The notes: generated from the sequence alone by a model not told the origin. Counted from the stretch's first letter, positions 10,573 to 20,911 are shown. The stretch: DNA of 64,000 nucleotides from Candidatus Multivoradales bacterium (GCA_965223155.1 CBDCVR010000013.1:256001-320000), one strand, 5' to 3'. Program-made: numbers and translations.

Positions 10573-12036
10573 GTGAGCCGGCATCTCCTCCTCGAGTTTG
10601 TCGGCACTCGGACCGCCGGCGTTCTGGAACGCGTGGCCGGCCTCGCCCGGCGACGGGGTTTCGCGCTCTATCTGGCGGGGGGCGCCGTGCGCGACCGGCT
10701 TCTAGGTCGGGATACCCGCGATCTTGACCTGGTGTGGATCGGTCCCGGGCAGCCGGAGGCGGTAGCCGGGGAACTGGCTCGTGAGCTGGGGATCGGGGAG
10801 GCCGGGTTTCGCTTCAACCTCCGGTTCCTGACCGCCCGTTGCACCTTGCCTGGCTCTGCCGAGCCCGAAGAAGGCTCGGAAGACGAGCCGCTACGAGTGG
10901 ACTTTTCCCGGGCGCGGCGCGAGGTCTACGTTGGGGAAGGAAGTTTGCCCCAGGTAGAGGCGCTCGCTGACCAGCCGGCGAATCGCATCGAGGTGCTTTG
11001 CCAAGACCTGATTCGCCGGGACTTCACGGTCAACGCCATGGCGGTCGAGCTGACCGAGTTTCCGGCCTGCGACGAGCCGCTCTTGATCGATCCGCTTGGT
11101 GGCGCCGAGGACCTCGAGCGGGGCGTCTTGCGGATCCTGCACGACCGTTCCTTTCGGGACGATCCCACCCGGATTCTCCGGGGAGTCGAGCTGGCGGCGC
11201 GCCTCAGCGCCTTCCGGCGCTTCCGGCCCTTGGCGTTCGCGCCGCCGACCCGCGAGCTTGCCGTCGCCGCCATCCAGGACGGCCTCTTGGAAGCGGTCTC
11301 GGGGGCCCGCCTTCGCGCCGAGCTGATCCGGTGCTTCCGGGGGGCGCATGCGGCGCGGGCGGCCCGGGGGCTCGCGGCCCTTGGCGTCGATCGTCGTCTG
11401 GGCACGAGCGCGGGCTGGACGGATGCCGATCTGGAGCGGTTGGAGCGGATCAAGGATTCCGTCCGCGCGCGACGTTGCGCGCCTTCGCGGACCGATTCCC
11501 AGAACTCGGCCGTCGAGTCCGGATCGCTGCCCTGGGTAACGGCGCTGGCGGCGCTCTTGTGGCTCCGGACGGCCGACGAACGAAGCGTGGTGGCCGGCCG
11601 GCTGGCCCTGGTCCGGGACGAGCGGCGGGTCTTGCTCGAGGCTCCCGGCCGCGTGGGCGAGGTTCTGGCCGAGATTCCGAGTGCGGAGCCTCCGGAGGAG
11701 ACCTCGGTTCCGACGGAAGCGGGCACGGTAGACTCGGACGATCAGTCCCGGTTGGCCGGCTTGGCCGAGAAGCTATCCGGGGCTAGCGAGATCGAACGAA
11801 TGCTGGCCTGCCTGCTTGCCCCTTCCGGCGTCCGTCCGGTGATCGCCGAAGCGCTGGAGCTCGCCGAGCTTCAGTTGGGAATCTCCGGAGGGGATCTGGA
11901 AGCGCGAGGCCTCCGCGGCGCGGCGATTGGGCGGGCGCTTCGGGCCACACTCCATGCGAGGCGGAGCGGAACCCTCGGGCCCGAGGGCGAGCTGGAGTTC
12001 GCGCTCGCCGCGGCTGGTCTCGTGGAGAACTCGTGA
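10573..12036 (+). CDS. tRNA nucleotidyltransferase / poly(A) polymerase family protein
   Basis: GGAVRD...DLDL, RRDFTVNAMA, DDPTRILR motifs. Confidence 0.88.
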   Translation: MSRHLLLEFVGTRTAGVLERVAGLARRRGFALYLAGGAVRDRLLGRDTRDLDLVWIGPGQPEAVAGELARELGIGEAGFRFNLRFLTARCTLPGSAEPEEGSEDEPLRVDFSRARREVYVGEGSLPQVEALADQPANRIEVLCQDLIRRDFTVNAMAVELTEFPACDEPLLIDPLGGAEDLERGVLRILHDRSFRDDPTRILRGVELAARLSAFRRFRPLAFAPPTRELAVAAIQDGLLEAVSGARLRAELIRCFRGAHAARAARGLAALGVDRRLGTSAGWTDADLERLERIKDSVRARRCAPSRTDSQNSAVESGSLPWVTALAALLWLRTADERSVVAGRLALVRDERRVLLEAPGRVGEVLAEIPSAEPPEETSVPTEAGTVDSDDQSRLAGLAEKLSGASEIERMLACLLAPSGVRPVIAEALELAELQLGISGGDLEARGLRGAAIGRALRATLHARRSGTLGPEGELEFALAAAGLVENS

Positions 12037-12755
12037 CCCGCCGCCGCCTTGCAATCGGGACCGCTTTGGTTCTCGTGTGGGGCTGGTCGGCCGTGGCCGC
12101 GGGCCAGGGGATCGCCGGGGATGCCGGCGACCGTCTCGACTTCAGCCTGCGAACCCACGAGACGTTTCGCTTGGACTGCACGGCGAACGAGCTCTCGAGC
12201 TCGGTCGTGCTCTTCGGCAACGGTACCGTGCGGCTGCGCGAGCGGGGTGGCGAGACCGATGGCTTGCGCCTGGCCGAGCTCTATCCGGAAGAGTTGACGG
12301 CGTTCTTGAACCGCCTGCGCGAGGTGGATCTCAGCGAGACGCCAGATCGGATCTACGGGCCCAGCGGAGAGATGCTCGAACAATGTCTGCTGCGGCTCAG
12401 GCTGGACGTCACCCCGGGCGCGCCGGCGCGTGAGGTCCGGTTTCCCAAGATGGCGGCAATGGACCTGGCCCTCCATCAAGTGCTGCGGGTCATCGACGAC
12501 GTGGTTCTCCTGGCGAGCGAGCGCGAGCGGAGCGCTCGGGGCCTGCCCGCCGAGTACGAGCCCCGGGTCGGTGACGTCTTGGTCAAGGAGAACGGCGACC
12601 GATTCCGTATCGACCGTTGGACCGCGGATGGGAAGGGCGCGGAAATCTCGGGATTCGAGTCGCCCCTGGTGCTCTACATCGCCCGCGACAAGATCCGATT
12701 CGAATTCCACGAGATCGAGCGCCGGGGCCGCCCGCCGATCGACCCGGAATCGTGA
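12033..12755 (+). CDS. exported hypothetical protein
   Basis: Signal-peptide-like N-terminus; GTGA overlaps with both neighbours. Confidence 0.7.
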   Translation: MTRRRLAIGTALVLVWGWSAVAAGQGIAGDAGDRLDFSLRTHETFRLDCTANELSSSVVLFGNGTVRLRERGGETDGLRLAELYPEELTAFLNRLREVDLSETPDRIYGPSGEMLEQCLLRLRLDVTPGAPAREVRFPKMAAMDLALHQVLRVIDDVVLLASERERSARGLPAEYEPRVGDVLVKENGDRFRIDRWTADGKGAEISGFESPLVLYIARDKIRFEFHEIERRGRPPIDPES

Positions 12756-13357
12756 CGCGCGGGAGGCTGCGCATCAGTGGCGGCGCGCTCAAGGGGCGCC
12801 GCTTGCGGGTCCCGGAGAGCGCCCGGCCGACCAGTTCTCGCACCCGGGAGGCACTGATCTCGCGCTGGCGCGATCGGCTCGCTGGCGCCAGGGTGCTGGA
12901 TCTCTTCGCCGGTGGCGGTGCGGTAGGTCTTGAAGCGGCCGGTCACGGCGCCCGGCGGGTGGTCTGGGTCGAAGCCGATCGCCAGGCGCTGGCGGTACTC
13001 GCCGGAAACGTCCGTCTGGCGGACGAGCTCGACTGTGAGCTCGAGATCCTTCGCGGCCGGTTACCCGGGATGCGGAGTCGGATCGCGGCCCTCGGCCCCT
13101 TCGACCTCGTCTTCGCGGACCCGCCGTACGCCTTTGCCGACTTCGGCACTCTGATTCGATCGATTGCTGGTCTCCTTGCTCCGGCTGGAGAGGCCGCGAT
13201 TGAGCACTCGGCGCGGGTCGAGCTGCCGGCCGTCGAGGGGCCGCACAGAGCCTTCCAACGAGTCGCGACGCGGTCGTACGGAGGGAGCGCCTTGAGCTTC
13301 TTCGCGGCTGGTGAGAGGCAGGACGGCATCGCCGGCCCCCGACCGGACTCGGGATAG
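12752..13357 (+). CDS. rsmD: 16S rRNA m2G966 methyltransferase
   Basis: LRISGGALKGRRL, RPT, LDLFAGGG, FADPPY; GTG 12752 overlaps the upstream stop. Confidence 0.9.
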   Translation: MTRGRLRISGGALKGRRLRVPESARPTSSRTREALISRWRDRLAGARVLDLFAGGGAVGLEAAGHGARRVVWVEADRQALAVLAGNVRLADELDCELEILRGRLPGMRSRIAALGPFDLVFADPPYAFADFGTLIRSIAGLLAPAGEAAIEHSARVELPAVEGPHRAFQRVATRSYGGSALSFFAAGERQDGIAGPRPDSG

Positions 13358-13410
13358 GATGCCGCGATGCCAGCCGGACCTGGGTTTGCGGCGCGTTCCG
13401 GAGCCGCGTT

Positions 13411-14052
13411 GTGACGCGCTCAAACGCGTCCTCTACCCTGGACCGGCTGCGGCGGGGTAACGAACGGTTCGTGTCGGGCCGCGCGTCCGCGCTCTGGGGC
13501 TTCACGGCCCGGGAGCGTGAGCGTTTGGTCTCGGGACAGAGCCCGATTGCCGTCGTCCTGGGGTGTTCCGATTCGCGGGTTCCGCCGGAGGTGGTGTTCG
13601 ATTGTGGCCTGGGCGAGCTCTTTGTCGTTCGAGTTGCCGGCCAGGTGGCTGGGCCGATTGAGATCGGCAGCATCGAGTATGCGGTCGAGGTGTTCGGGAC
13701 CGGGCTCGTGGTCGTCTTGGGGCACTCTGGGTGCGGTGCCGTGACCGGGGCCCTGGCTGGTTTCGAGGATCGTGGCGTCGTGCCGGTGTCGCCGAATTTG
13801 GAGGCCGTCCTTGGCCGGATCCAGCCGGCGCTTGGACCGCTTCTTGAAGTCGGAACGGATGCGAATCCGGCAGGTCTGCCGGCAGGTTTGATGGATGCGG
13901 CGGTGACCGCCAACGTCCGTGCCGCCGCGACGGGCCTTGGCGCGGACTCGAAGCTCTTGGCCGAGCGGCTCGAGGGCGGCGAGCTGGTGGTGGCCGGTGC
14001 CGTCTACCAGCTTGCGACTGGCGTCGTGGAATTCTTGGAGGATCAATCGTGA
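13411..14052 (+). CDS. beta-class carbonic anhydrase
   Basis: GNERF, CSDSRV, HSGCGAV zinc ligands. Confidence 0.95.
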   Translation: MTRSNASSTLDRLRRGNERFVSGRASALWGFTARERERLVSGQSPIAVVLGCSDSRVPPEVVFDCGLGELFVVRVAGQVAGPIEIGSIEYAVEVFGTGLVVVLGHSGCGAVTGALAGFEDRGVVPVSPNLEAVLGRIQPALGPLLEVGTDANPAGLPAGLMDAAVTANVRAAATGLGADSKLLAERLEGGELVVAGAVYQLATGVVEFLEDQS

Positions 14053-14525
14053 GTGGAGCGGGCGCGTATCGCTATCGAGGCGCCGAGACCCTAGTGGCCC
14101 TGCAGGAGAGGCATCTGCGGGATTTCCTGGATGCGTGGCGTCGATTCGGAGCCGGCAACTTCCGTCTGCCTCGAACGGCGGACCCGAACTACGCCGATGA
14201 GGAAGTGCTCCTGGCCCATGTTCTCGGGTGCTCAGCCCGCTATCTTGGCTGGATCTGTGAGCAGCGTGGCCGCTCGCGACCCGAGCTTGACGAACGGCCG
14301 GAACCGGCGGGCCTGAGCGAGCGCGCCGATACCTACTTGGAAGAGATTCTCGAAGCCTGGGATCGGGAGCTGCGGGACCTGACCGAGAAGGAGGCCTACG
14401 CTCCCGCGCGTCCCTCGACTTGGGGTCCGGCCTACTGCCTGGACGCGATGATCGAGCACGCCGCGATGCATCCGCTGCGACACACGTTCCAACTGGAGTC
14501 TCTGATGCGCGAGGTGCTCGCATGA
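14049..14525 (+). CDS. DinB/YfiT-like four-helix-bundle protein
   Basis: LAH...EHAAMHPLRHTFQL His pattern. Confidence 0.7.
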   Translation: MSGAGAYRYRGAETLVALQERHLRDFLDAWRRFGAGNFRLPRTADPNYADEEVLLAHVLGCSARYLGWICEQRGRSRPELDERPEPAGLSERADTYLEEILEAWDRELRDLTEKEAYAPARPSTWGPAYCLDAMIEHAAMHPLRHTFQLESLMREVLA

Positions 14526-15043
14526 GTGCACGGCCCGATCCTCGGCTCGCGGAAGTGCTGCGCTTTCTGGATCCGCCGACCGGCCTCGGTCCGTGGCATG
14601 GCGGTCCGACCATTCTCGGCTGCCTGCGCGGTGTCGCGGCGGAAGCCGCCCGCTGGCGGCCGGCTCCGTCCCGCCGTTCGATCTGGGAGCTGGCGCTGCA
14701 CGTGGCCTACTGGAAGTACGCGGTTCGTCGGCGGTTGACCGGAGAGCCCGCGGGTTCGTTTCCGCGGGCACCAGCCGACTGGCCGGCAGCGAGCGCGGGC
14801 CGGCCGATTGCGGCCTGGAAGGCCGACAGGGCCCTGTTGCGCAGCGAGCACCGGCGGCTGGTGGACGCCGTGCGTTCGTTGGATCCGGAAGGCTTGGACG
14901 AACCGGCCGGGAAGAGCAAGAAGTATCGAGTCGCGGATCTGCTGTTCGGAAGCGTCGCTCACGACCTTCACCACATCGGCCAGATGCAATTGCTGAAGCG
15001 GCTCTATGAGGAATCGAGCTCTCAGAGTGGCCGGCGGCCGTGA
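14522..15043 (+). CDS. DinB family protein
   Basis: PWHGG, SIWELALHVAYW, HDLHHIGQ; ATG 14522 overlaps the upstream stop. Confidence 0.85.
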   Translation: MSARPDPRLAEVLRFLDPPTGLGPWHGGPTILGCLRGVAAEAARWRPAPSRRSIWELALHVAYWKYAVRRRLTGEPAGSFPRAPADWPAASAGRPIAAWKADRALLRSEHRRLVDAVRSLDPEGLDEPAGKSKKYRVADLLFGSVAHDLHHIGQMQLLKRLYEESSSQSGRRP

Positions 15044-15654
15044 CCGAGCTCGGCCAGCTCGGCCAGCTTGAGCGGGCGCCCGAGCGGGTGCGCACCGCGC
15101 GCTTGGAGCTGGCGCCGCCGGCGCCTGAGGACGCCGAGGAGATCTTTCATCGCTACGCCTCGGATTTTCGAGTGACCCGGATGTTGAGCTGGAAACGCCA
15201 CCGCGCGGTCGAGGACAGCCGCGGGTTCGTCAAGGCGAGTCAGGAGGCATGGCGCCGCTGGCCCGCCGGGCCCTATCTCATCCGTCACCGGGATGGCCAG
15301 CTCTTGGGTGGGACGGGCCTGGCCTTTTCGAGTTCCCCTGATCGGGCGGAGACCGGGTTCGTCCTCGCCCGGGATGCCTGGGGCTTGGGCTACGCCACCG
15401 AGGCGCTGAGCGCCGTCGTCGCGGTAGCGGCGAGACTGGGGCTTGTCGAGCTCTCTGCGCACTGTCACCCGGACCACGAGGCCTCTCGTCGAGTGCTTGA
15501 GAAGTGCGCCTTCGAGCCCTCTGAAGGCGGCCCGGTCGCCGGGATGCTGCCGAATCTGGATTCCGAGACACCGATGAGCCTGATGCGCTACGAGCGCTGC
15601 TTGGAAGCAGCCTGCCGAGAGACCATGGCTTCGCTCTATGGAGCCGGCCGATGA
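15040..15654 (+). CDS. GNAT (RimJ/RimL-type) N-acetyltransferase
   Basis: TARLEL, WGLGYATEA, ASRRVLEKCAF. Confidence 0.88.
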   Translation: MTELGQLGQLERAPERVRTARLELAPPAPEDAEEIFHRYASDFRVTRMLSWKRHRAVEDSRGFVKASQEAWRRWPAGPYLIRHRDGQLLGGTGLAFSSSPDRAETGFVLARDAWGLGYATEALSAVVAVAARLGLVELSAHCHPDHEASRRVLEKCAFEPSEGGPVAGMLPNLDSETPMSLMRYERCLEAACRETMASLYGAGR

Positions 15655-15875
15655 CGACCCTCCGGCTTCGAGTCAAGCCGGGCTCGCGCACGGCGGGGTT
15701 GGAGCGCGGTGCCGACGGAAGCTGGGTGGCGCGGGTCAAGGCGCGGCCGGTGGACGGCAGAGCCAATCGCGAACTCGTGAAGCTCGTCGCCCGGCACTTT
15801 GGCGTCGCCAGGTCCAGGGTTTCGATCCGGAGCGGCGGCTCGAGCCGGTACAAGCGCATCCAGATCGAGGACTAG
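15651..15875 (+). CDS. DUF167/YggU family protein
   Basis: RVKPGS, ARPVDGRANRELV, GGSSRYK. Confidence 0.88.
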   Translation: MTTLRLRVKPGSRTAGLERGADGSWVARVKARPVDGRANRELVKLVARHFGVARSRVSIRSGGSSRYKRIQIED

Positions 15876-15879
15876 GGCA

Positions 15880-16068
15880 GTGGGCGCGATCTCGATTCTG
15901 GCGGCGGAGCAAGCGCTCACCGAGTACAATCCCGCCTCGCATGCCATCTTCTGGCTGGGCCTCGGACTCATGGGCTTGCTGGGTGTGTTGGCGTTGATCG
16001 AGGTTTGGGACTGGTTGTGGGAGCGAATCCGGCGTGGACGACGTGACGAAGACGAGCTTGGTACCTAG
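15880..16068 (+). CDS. small membrane protein
   Basis: Single hydrophobic helix; fills the gap between co-oriented genes. Confidence 0.5.
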   Translation: MGAISILAAEQALTEYNPASHAIFWLGLGLMGLLGVLALIEVWDWLWERIRRGRRDEDELGT

Positions 16069-16624
16069 GCCGGAAGAGTCCGCCGCGCGGGGCCGGGTTG
16101 TTGCGGTCAGTCGCAGCGCGACCCACCAGGTCAGCAAGGAGAAGGTTGACGCCATCCGGCTGATCGGAGGTCTCGGGGTCGAGGGTGACGCTCATGCCGG
16201 GCGGCGGGTACGCCATCGATCGCGGGTCGCGGCGAATCCCGAACAGCCCAACTTGCGCCAGGTGCACCTGATCCATGCCGAGCTGCACGAGGAGCTGGCG
16301 GCTGAGGGCTTCGAAGTGGAGTCGGGAGCAATGGGCGAGAACGTCACGACCAAGGGCGTGGACCTTCTGGGTCTGGCGCGGGGGACCCGCCTCGTTCTGG
16401 CTGAGGCGGTCGTCGAGATCACCGGTCTGCGAAACCCGTGTGCGCAGCTCGACGGTCTCGTGCCGGGCCTGATGGCGCGGACGGCCTACCGGGGCCGAGA
16501 GGGACGGCTGGTGCGGAGGGCGGGCGTTATGGGGATCGTGATTCGCGGAGGCGTGGTTCGGGCGGGCGATTCTATTGCCGTCGAGCCTCCGGCCGGGAAA
16601 TGGGTAGGGCTCGAGCCGGTCTGA
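16043..16624 (+). CDS. MOSC domain protein
   Basis: GVEGDAH, RQVHLI, GENVTT, TGLRNPC, GD. Confidence 0.9.
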   Translation: MTKTSLVPRPEESAARGRVVAVSRSATHQVSKEKVDAIRLIGGLGVEGDAHAGRRVRHRSRVAANPEQPNLRQVHLIHAELHEELAAEGFEVESGAMGENVTTKGVDLLGLARGTRLVLAEAVVEITGLRNPCAQLDGLVPGLMARTAYRGREGRLVRRAGVMGIVIRGGVVRAGDSIAVEPPAGKWVGLEPV

Positions 16625-16687
16625 GGACCTGGGCGTATCATTGGACCCTCGGCGGCGGGCCGTCGCCAGGAAGGTGAGAGGACCCCC

Positions 16688-17191
16688 ATGCCCAAGACCA
16701 AGCGAATCCAGACCTACGAGAACGCCGAGATCGAGGTCACCTTCAATCCCAACGTCTGTATCCACGCGGCGGTTTGTCTACGTGAGCTGCCTTCCGTCTT
16801 CGACGTCTCGAAGCGCCGCTGGATTCAGCTGGAGGGGGCGCCGCCGGAGCGGGTTCTCGAAACCGTCGCGCAGTGTCCTTCCGGCGCTTTGGCAGCCCGG
16901 ACGCTGATGGATGGGGAAAGCGCTCAGGAAGCGCTTCGGGATTGCGGCCAGGCCGCGGCCGAGGAGGTGAGGTCGATCGACGCCGGTACCGCCGCAACGC
17001 CGGAAGAAGGCATTGAAGGATTCTCGATCGACGACGAGCAGGCCCGTCGGATCGGCGAGTTCATCGCCAGCGAATCGAGCCCCGTGGGAATCGACGCCAA
17101 GAAGACTCACGTCGTCATCCTGGCGCAGCTCGAGGCCATCGAAGAACGATTGCGCCGGATCGAGGATCGGCTCGCGGCGATGGGCTACTAG
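16688..17191 (+). CDS. divergent 4Fe-4S-binding (YjdI-like) protein with C-terminal extension
   Basis: CIHAAVC...PSVF...RRWI...CPSGAL in the first ~70 aa. Confidence 0.8.
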   Translation: MPKTKRIQTYENAEIEVTFNPNVCIHAAVCLRELPSVFDVSKRRWIQLEGAPPERVLETVAQCPSGALAARTLMDGESAQEALRDCGQAAAEEVRSIDAGTAATPEEGIEGFSIDDEQARRIGEFIASESSPVGIDAKKTHVVILAQLEAIEERLRRIEDRLAAMGY

Positions 17192-17823
17192 GAGACTGGA
17201 ACCGGGAGCTGTTGAAGCTGGTAGCCGAGCTCTTCGAGGAAGATGCGCAAATCCACCGCCTTGGTGGGGACATGGGGATCCCGGGCCAGCCGGATGGGCG
17301 CGAAGTTGAGCACGGCCTTGATGCCAGCGGCAATCAGCCGGTCGTAGTTCTCTTGCGCGACCTGCGGCGGCAGCGCCAGGACCGCGATCTCGGCGCCGCT
17401 CTCGGCGACAACGCGCTCCATCTCACTCGAGTCTCGCACCCGGATGTCGCCGATCTTGGAACCGATCTTGGTGGGATCGTTGTCGATCGCGGCGACAACT
17501 CGGAAGGAGCGGTCGTCGAAGCTCAGGAAACGGGCAAGAGCACTGCCGAGGTTGCCGGCTCCGACGATGACGATGGGACGGGTGTGATCGAGGCCGAGGA
17601 GGCCGCTCAGCCGATCGGTGAGGTCGGCGACCTCGTAGCCGGTACCGCGGATGCCGAAATCGCCGAATTGCGCCAGATCCTTGCGAATCTGGGTGGCGGA
17701 GAGGTGGAATCGGTCCGCCAACTCGCGCGACGAGACCGTCGTCTTGCCCTCGTCACGGAGATACCGGAGACAGCGCAGGTAGATCGAGAGGCGGTTCAGC
17801 GTGAGGGACGAAATCTCGCTCAT
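17188..17823 (-). CDS. rex: redox-sensing transcriptional repressor Rex
   Basis: RLSIYLRCL, VSSREL, QIRKDLAQFGDFGIRGTGY, GAGNLG, LNFAP; real start ATG 17823 lies inside the longer ORF. Confidence 0.95.
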   Translation of the reverse strand: MSEISSLTLNRLSIYLRCLRYLRDEGKTTVSSRELADRFHLSATQIRKDLAQFGDFGIRGTGYEVADLTDRLSGLLGLDHTRPIVIVGAGNLGSALARFLSFDDRSFRVVAAIDNDPTKIGSKIGDIRVRDSSEMERVVAESGAEIAVLALPPQVAQENYDRLIAAGIKAVLNFAPIRLARDPHVPTKAVDLRIFLEELGYQLQQLPVPVS

Positions 17824-17834
17824 GAACCGCTCTG

Positions 17835-19286
17835 CTAGAAGGTGATCCCCAGCGTTCGAGCCACGGCGCCCAGGATCGGTCCAGGCAGCGCTCCCAAGAG
17901 CAGAGTGGCGGCGGCCGCCGCAACCGTCGCCGCGGTCGCGAGCCAATCGGGTCCCAGGCTCGACTGGCGCGACTCCGGCTGCATGTAGAGCGTGTAGACC
18001 ACGCGGAGGTAGTAGAAGACGCCGACCAGACTCGTGACCACGATGGTCACGGCCAGGGCCAGATGGCCGGTCTCGACCGCATGAACGAAGATCAGGTACT
18101 TGCCGATGAAGCCGGCCGTGGGCGGAATGCCGCCGAGCGAGAGCATGAAGACGCTCAAGCACAGTCCGAACAGGGGATAGCGGTAGCCCCAGCCGCTGAG
18201 ATCCGAGATCAGGTGCTGCTCGCCGGGCTCGGGAAAGAGATATCCAACGACCACGAAGCCGCCGCCGGTCATGAGGGCGTAGGCCGCCAGGTAGATCAGG
18301 ATGGCCTCCAGGCTCTGGGCGTTGAGGCCAACGATCGGAACCAGAAGGTAGCCCATGTGGGCGATGCCGGAATAGGCGAGCATGCGCTTGAGGTCGCGCT
18401 GAGCCAGCGCAATCAGGTTGCCGACGAGCATCGACAGCACCGCCACCGCGGAAAGAATCGTGTCCCAGTCTTCGAATCCACCACCCACGGCGACGCCGGT
18501 CAGGCGCACTAGCGCCACCGCCGCCGCGGCCTTGGGCGCGACCGCGAGAAAGGCCACGAAGGGCGAGGGAGCCCCCTGATAGGCGTCGGGCGCCCATGCG
18601 TGGAGCGGCGCCAGGCCCAGCTTGAAGGCGAGGCCGCCGAAGACGAGCGCGAGGCCGGCGAGAAGCATCGGCGGAATCGGGCTGCCGGAGCCGCCGCCAA
18701 GAGCGGCCAGCGAGGTCAGGCTGGTGGTGCCGGTCTCGGCGAAGACGAGCGCGATACCCAGCAGCAGGAAGGCGCTCAACACCGCGCCCATGAGGAAATA
18801 CTTGATGCCGGCTTCGGTCGAGACCCGGAGCCGGCGGTGGTAGCCGGTGAGCGCGTACAGACAGACCGAAAGAAGCTCGAGCCCGACGAAGAGCGTAATG
18901 AGCTCGGTGCTGCGCGCGAAGAGGCTGGCGCCGACCCCGGCCCAGAGCAGCAGGGCGAGATATTCGCCCGGCGGCAGGGACTCCCGCCGCAGGTAGCCGT
19001 GCGAGCCCAGAATGCTGAGGCCCAAAGCGCCCAGGACGATCCAGCGCGCTCCGGCCGCGAGGGCGGAGGTCTCGAGGAGTCCCCCGAAGCTCGCGCCGCC
19101 GGGAGCGCAGAGGGCGTAGTACGCGGCCACCGCGACCCCGGCCAGGGCGACGAGAGAAGAGAGCACGCGCCGTCTGCCCAGGAAAGCGTCCAGGCACAGG
19201 ACCAGGACGCCCGCGCCGGCCAGGACGATCTCCGGCAGAAGGCCGGCGATGTCGACCGCCGGAATGGTGTAGGCGGCGCTGTTCAT
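17835..19286 (-). CDS. nuoN: NADH-quinone oxidoreductase subunit N
   Basis: EAGIKYF, FKLGLAPLHAWAPDAYQGAP, KRMLAYSGIAH. Confidence 0.95.
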   Translation of the reverse strand: MNSAAYTIPAVDIAGLLPEIVLAGAGVLVLCLDAFLGRRRVLSSLVALAGVAVAAYYALCAPGGASFGGLLETSALAAGARWIVLGALGLSILGSHGYLRRESLPPGEYLALLLWAGVGASLFARSTELITLFVGLELLSVCLYALTGYHRRLRVSTEAGIKYFLMGAVLSAFLLLGIALVFAETGTTSLTSLAALGGGSGSPIPPMLLAGLALVFGGLAFKLGLAPLHAWAPDAYQGAPSPFVAFLAVAPKAAAAVALVRLTGVAVGGGFEDWDTILSAVAVLSMLVGNLIALAQRDLKRMLAYSGIAHMGYLLVPIVGLNAQSLEAILIYLAAYALMTGGGFVVVGYLFPEPGEQHLISDLSGWGYRYPLFGLCLSVFMLSLGGIPPTAGFIGKYLIFVHAVETGHLALAVTIVVTSLVGVFYYLRVVYTLYMQPESRQSSLGPDWLATAATVAAAAATLLLGALPGPILGAVARTLGITF

Positions 19287-20911
19287 CGGCCCGCTCCAGA
19301 GAGGCTGGCTCTGAGCGCCGCAGCGGTGCCTCCTGTCTCCAGGGAGGCTCGCAGACGAGCCTCGGGAGGAGCCGGCTGCTCGAGTCGGGAGACGACCAGG
19401 CCATGGGTCTCTTTGAGTGCCTTACTGACCGGCCCAAGAAAGCACTGCGGGAAGACTCCCAGGAGGAGCATGAGCAGGGCCAGGGGCGCCAGAATCCCGA
19501 TCTCGCGCTTCGAGAGGTCCTGGAGCTCGCGATTGGCGTCCCGGGTGATCGGTCCCCACAGCGTCTCGCCCAGGAGCTTGAAGAGATAGACGGCCGCCAG
19601 GACGACGCCGAAGGCCGCCAAGGCAGTGGCCAGGTAGAAACCGGCGCGGAAACTACCGACCAGGATCAAGAACTCGCCGACGAAGCCGTTCAAGCCGGGC
19701 AGACCAACCGAGGCCAGCGCGCTCACGACCAGGAAGAACGCGAACCAGGGCATGACCTTGGCCAGCCCACCGAACTCCGCAAAGAGCTTGGTGTGCCGGC
19801 GCTCGTAGAGCATGCCCACGAGCAGGAACAGGGCGCCCGTCGAAAGGCCGTGGTTGACCATTTGTATGAGCGCGCCCTGCCAGGCCACCAGGTCGAGAGC
19901 GGCGAGACCCAGGACCACGAAGCCCAGATGGGCGACCGAGGAATAAGCCACCAGGCTCTTCATGTCGATCTGGCGCCAGGCGATGAGGGCGCCGTAGAGA
20001 ATGCCCACGACGGCCAGGGCTAGCACGATTGGCCGTGCTTCGACGGTGGCGTGCGGAAACAGCGGCCAGGCGAACCGCAGGAGACCGTAGGTGCCGAGCT
20101 TCAGGAGGACGCCGGCAAGGACGACCGAGCCGCCGGTCGGAGCCTGCACGTGGGCGTCGGGAAGCCAGGTGTGGAAGGGCACTAGCGGTACCTTGATGGC
20201 AAAGGCGACGGCGAAGGCCGCGAACAGCCAGCGCTGTTCGATCAAGGGCAGATCGAGGGCCAGCAAGTCGGCATAGGCGAACGACCAGAAGCCGGCCAGC
20301 TCCGCGTGGCAGGCGGCCAGCCAGACGATGCCCAGCAGCATGAACAGGCTGCCCGCCATCGTGTACAGGAAGAACTTGACCGCGGCGTAGACGCGTTTCT
20401 CGCCGCCCCAGATGCCGATGATGAGGTACATCGGGATCAGCATGACCTCCCAGAAGACGTAGAACAGAAAGAGGTCGTGGGCCAGGAGAGCGCCGTGGAT
20501 GCCTGTGGTCAGGAGGAGCATCGACGCGGCGTAGCCTTTCCAGTGCTCTTCGATACCGCGCCACGACGCAATCACGATGAGTGGGAGGAGCGCCGAGGTG
20601 AGAAGCACCAGGGGTATCGAGATGCCGTCGATCTGGAGGTCGTAGCGGATGCCGTAGCGGGCGATCCAGGCCGCCGGCTCGCCGGTCATCGAGGTCTCGG
20701 CCAGGCGGTGAAAGACGCCGTCCCGCAGCCCCAGGCTGACGAGGCGCAGGGTCACGGCAAGCTCGAGGAGGCCCGCGACGAGCGCCGTCCAGCGCACCCA
20801 GGAAGTCTTGTCCCTGGGCAGAAAGGCGATGACCAGGGCGGCCAGCGCCGGCAGGAAGACGACTTGGGTCAGCGAAGGGCCGGCCAGGAGCTGGAGGAAC
20901 GTACCGCTCAT
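19283..20911 (-). CDS. nuoM: NADH-quinone oxidoreductase subunit M
   Basis: FWEVMLIPMY, KVPLVPFHTWLPDAHVQAP; ATGA overlap with nuoL. Confidence 0.95.
   Translation of the reverse strand: MSGTFLQLLAGPSLTQVVFLPALAALVIAFLPRDKTSWVRWTALVAGLLELAVTLRLVSLGLRDGVFHRLAETSMTGEPAAWIARYGIRYDLQIDGISIPLVLLTSALLPLIVIASWRGIEEHWKGYAASMLLLTTGIHGALLAHDLFLFYVFWEVMLIPMYLIIGIWGGEKRVYAAVKFFLYTMAGSLFMLLGIVWLAACHAELAGFWSFAYADLLALDLPLIEQRWLFAAFAVAFAIKVPLVPFHTWLPDAHVQAPTGGSVVLAGVLLKLGTYGLLRFAWPLFPHATVEARPIVLALAVVGILYGALIAWRQIDMKSLVAYSSVAHLGFVVLGLAALDLVAWQGALIQMVNHGLSTGALFLLVGMLYERRHTKLFAEFGGLAKVMPWFAFFLVVSALASVGLPGLNGFVGEFLILVGSFRAGFYLATALAAFGVVLAAVYLFKLLGETLWGPITRDANRELQDLSKREIGILAPLALLMLLLGVFPQCFLGPVSKALKETHGLVVSRLEQPAPPEARLRASLETGGTAAALRASLSGAGR

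Noticed and set aside
17188-19437. 749-aa ORF as a Rex fusion protein
   Set aside because: The N-terminal part is an alternative frame over nuoN; Rex starts at ATG 17823
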